Shown here: positions 61,241 through 64,000 of the stretch, piece by piece
Numbering within the stretch: position 1 is the first letter of the stretch
Layout: each line of letters opens with the position of its first letter
Assembly (NCBI RefSeq): GCF_004010195.1
Contig: NC_057718.1
Location: forward strand, 31,026,902-31,090,901
Reading direction: 5' to 3'
Origin: Chiloscyllium plagiosum
Taxonomy: Eukaryota
DNA length: 64,000 nucleotides
Translations under genes and position numbers: made by a program
The notes under the pieces: generated by a model
The model's input: only the letters and a program-made list of their open reading frames with translations
What the model was told of the DNA's origin: nothing
Databases searched by the model: none

Positions 61241-64000
61241 GATATGTTCATGAGAGTTACTCTCAGTTAAGAAGTTTGAGCAAACTTTCAGCATCCTATG
61301 ACACAATTCCATTACAGGCCCGAGTGTTATCACAGGCAAAATTTATTCGTCAATAAACATCACCAAAGCAGATGTTCAATTCATTATCACCTTGCTGTTT
61401 GTGGGAACTTGCTGTGCACAAATTGGCTGTCACTTTTTCCTCCCGTGACTACACTCCAATGCTGGAAACCAGAGTTTTACCTTTCTTTGGCGCTAAAGCC
61501 CTTCGAGCGGTCGGTTGTCCTAAAATACATTCCATTTTTTCTCAGTTTTCCGTCCCTCTGAGGATATTACCTTGAAAACAAGGTGAAAATCAGTATTAGT
61601 TCCAGACAATTTCCAAGAAGCACTTGAATGCAGACCTTTTTGACGTTTACCTAAATTCTAAAGGTAATGTTTAAAGTGGCAATTGGAGGTCTTCACAATG
61701 CTAATATTAATTACGCTGGCACGTTTAACTACAGTTACATAAAAAATATCAATCTCAACCTCAATTTAGACACTTACAAGGCTAGGTGGGACTTATTACA
61801 GTTAAACACCACAGTGAAGTGTTTTTTGTACTGGAGTTAAGTCGGTTCTCGCAAAATACACGGGGACATGTTGTGGGTAGAGATATGTCGGGGAGAGCGG
61901 AGCACAACGCAGCTTTCGACACACAAACTACTTGCAACCAAATAAAATTCCACGCTAAAATTGTGTTTAACATACTTTAGACGATTGCCAAAAATGAATG
62001 AAAAATACAACTATAGGTTAACTCCCTGGTGAATTCAGTGCAGTTTATCTTGAGATTCCCAGTCGGGGCGAATTGCTTGGCGGTTCGCTAACATGTTCAA
62101 TTCCGCCGTCGGCTCTTCCTTTTCGGTTTTTAAAGCACGCTCAGCTGTCTTTATCTCCAGCAAATTTGCGATAATGGGGAATAACTAATTTCTGCAACAG
62201 TGTATAGACCTCAAAAAGGAAATGATTTGCATCTGAATGTCTAACAGCTATCAGGACATTTTTTTTAAACTGCAGTTGCTGAAAACCAGAGTTTTAGCTT
62301 TCAGAATGTTGTGGCATGTGACATCACGTCCCGCTCAACACTTTATCTGAAGTTGTTCAAGATCCACAGGTTAAAGCCAGGCCTTTCGCTGCATTCACTC
62401 GGCCGGTTCACTGTATTGTTTTCCAGCTAAGGACGCACAATTTCCTAGTTTCAGAATGACTGCATATATAGCAGGGTATGATTTGTACTTTTAAGTTCAA
62501 AATGTCGACAGCAGAGTCGAATCTGGGGCACAAACAATCGTCTCGATTGTTCACAATGGAGCCGATTGTACTCCCCTTCCTCGCTTGTGACACCTTTTCT
62601 CACGGGCACCTTTCAGAGCAACCCCAGAAGCTGCTTGTCCTTTGTCCATTTTCAGGCGAGTGTACAATGCGGAGGGCTAGAGTTACACGAACTCGTCTGT
62701 AATGGATATTTGCCACTGAACCAGCTGAATTCCTGGAGATCAGGCAGCACTTACATAGCTCGTTCTACCTGTTTAGCTTGAATTGATACAAATGAAAGTT
62801 CGTCCCTCACCCCTCAGAGGGAACAGGCAGAATTCTTTGTTCTCGCCCGAAGTAGTGTTACAGTAGAAGTGACGGCCTTTTCCAAGCGTGACTCAAGAGG
62901 TGACCTGATCTTTCTGGGAAAAGGAGAGTTTCAAAACGCCTTGACTGCGGGCACTCGAAAGTGCAAATTCCAGACAAAAGGCTCCACAAAACGTCAGTCA
63001 GCCATATCGATGTAAACAAAGAAGCTCAAAGGGATCCAAAATATTAAGAATACCGCTTCTTCCACTTTAATGCACACTTTTAAGTCCCAACTTTATAACG
63101 GTTGCCTTTGCGTACCCCTTTTAAAACCATCACTTTGGTCAAAATGAAAACAATGCTTTTGATTTGAGGTTTAACGTTGTCTTGGGAATACACTCCGGTG
63201 TATGTGAGCTTGGAAAACACGCTGAAAGGGAAGTAGTTATCAGGCGGCACGGGGCTGAAAAGACTTCTGCTATCACTTTCAGGAGCGTCGGCTGCAACAT
63301 TTACAGAAAACCTTTTGGAAATGGTAAATCCTAAGCCGACAAGAGAAAGGGATTTTCGACGAGCGACCAAGAACCAAGAATTGCCCCTGAATAAATAGTT
63401 CTTCGGCGGAATGAGTGTGTGCTGGTGCACTAGGTCCCCTTCAGAATTAGATTTGAGCACCATGTACTGAACACAGAACATCTGCATGTTTGGTTCGCGT
63501 TCTCGACAAATAGTGACATATGTGGAGATCATTGGCACTTTGGTCGATTTCCGACAGGGGAAGACACCATTATCAATCAACTGTGTTTTATCAATTACCA
63601 GTGATTCTCGTCGCTCACCGTGGTTTGTTCTGTTAAAATATCCCAAAGTATTTTAAAGAGTTGCCAGCAGCAGTTTAAGGTTACAGCTGAAAGAACTTTA
63701 GCAGGTGAAAAGTGTCAAACATGTCACAAAGCAGACTCCGGAAATGAATGGACTGTGATGCTACAGAATAAACCTTTCACATCTGGTTTGTTAATCTGTT
63801 AAAAGCATTTTTAAAAACCGCTAGATGCTGTTCATATGATATTCCTTGTGCTCATGGCGAGTTTCAACAGTAGTTCTTTTGCCCGTTGTTTTCGACTAGT
63901 CTCCGCTTTCTTTATTAGAAGAACAAGTCTTTTATTCTATCCAATTGCTGTTATATATTTGTCATACCTTCGCAATGAAATCACTGTCTGGACTCAAAAT

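Larger units (their letters stand above)
52000..64000. promoter_or_regulatory. CpG-retaining domain (putative hypomethylated regulatory region)
   Basis: CG dinucleotides are visibly more frequent than in 1-52 kb, including inside old repeats. GC boxes and G-tracts at 54200-54260 and 59724-59763. Not counted exactly. Confidence 0.55.

Noticed and set aside
62108..62120. GTCGGCTCTTCCT match to 28S rRNA
   Set aside because: Only 13 nt; the flanks do not follow rRNA.
63433..63443. GGTCCCCTTCA resembling miR-133
   Set aside because: Seed and 3' end mismatch, and there is no precursor hairpin.
63080..63646. 188 aa ORF on the minus strand in unique DNA
   Set aside because: Non-ATG start, no recognisable domain or compositional signal. 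One ORF of this length can arise by chance in 64 kb; it needs homology or expression evidence.
1..64000. CRISPR array, operon or prokaryotic defence system
   Set aside because: No regularly spaced repeats or gene-dense structure; the sequence is vertebrate non-coding DNA.

Overview
Vertebrate, repeat-rich, apparently intergenic DNA. The repeat complement (HE1-type V-SINEs, CR1/HER1-type LINEs, several Penelope-like families, ancient Harbinger relics) points to a cartilaginous fish, probably a carpet shark; this is an inference, not a database result. I find no intact host protein-coding gene, rRNA, tRNA or CRISPR array. About 1-52 kb is CpG-depleted and layered with decayed retroelements and Harbinger fossils (Myb/SANT gene with a visible intron; DDE transposase). 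About 52-64 kb is visibly CpG-richer with fewer young insertions, suggesting a hypomethylated regulatory domain. The most notable structured signal is a set of minimal type I hammerhead ribozymes in the terminal repeats of three unrelated Penelope-like families. Many occur in short fold-back insertions that carry 9-18 bp target-site duplications and break close to the ribozyme. A locally templated ~170 bp insertion sits inside a CR1 reverse transcriptase. An assembly gap lies at 49003-49159. Family names come from my recognition of motifs, and repeat boundaries are approximate.
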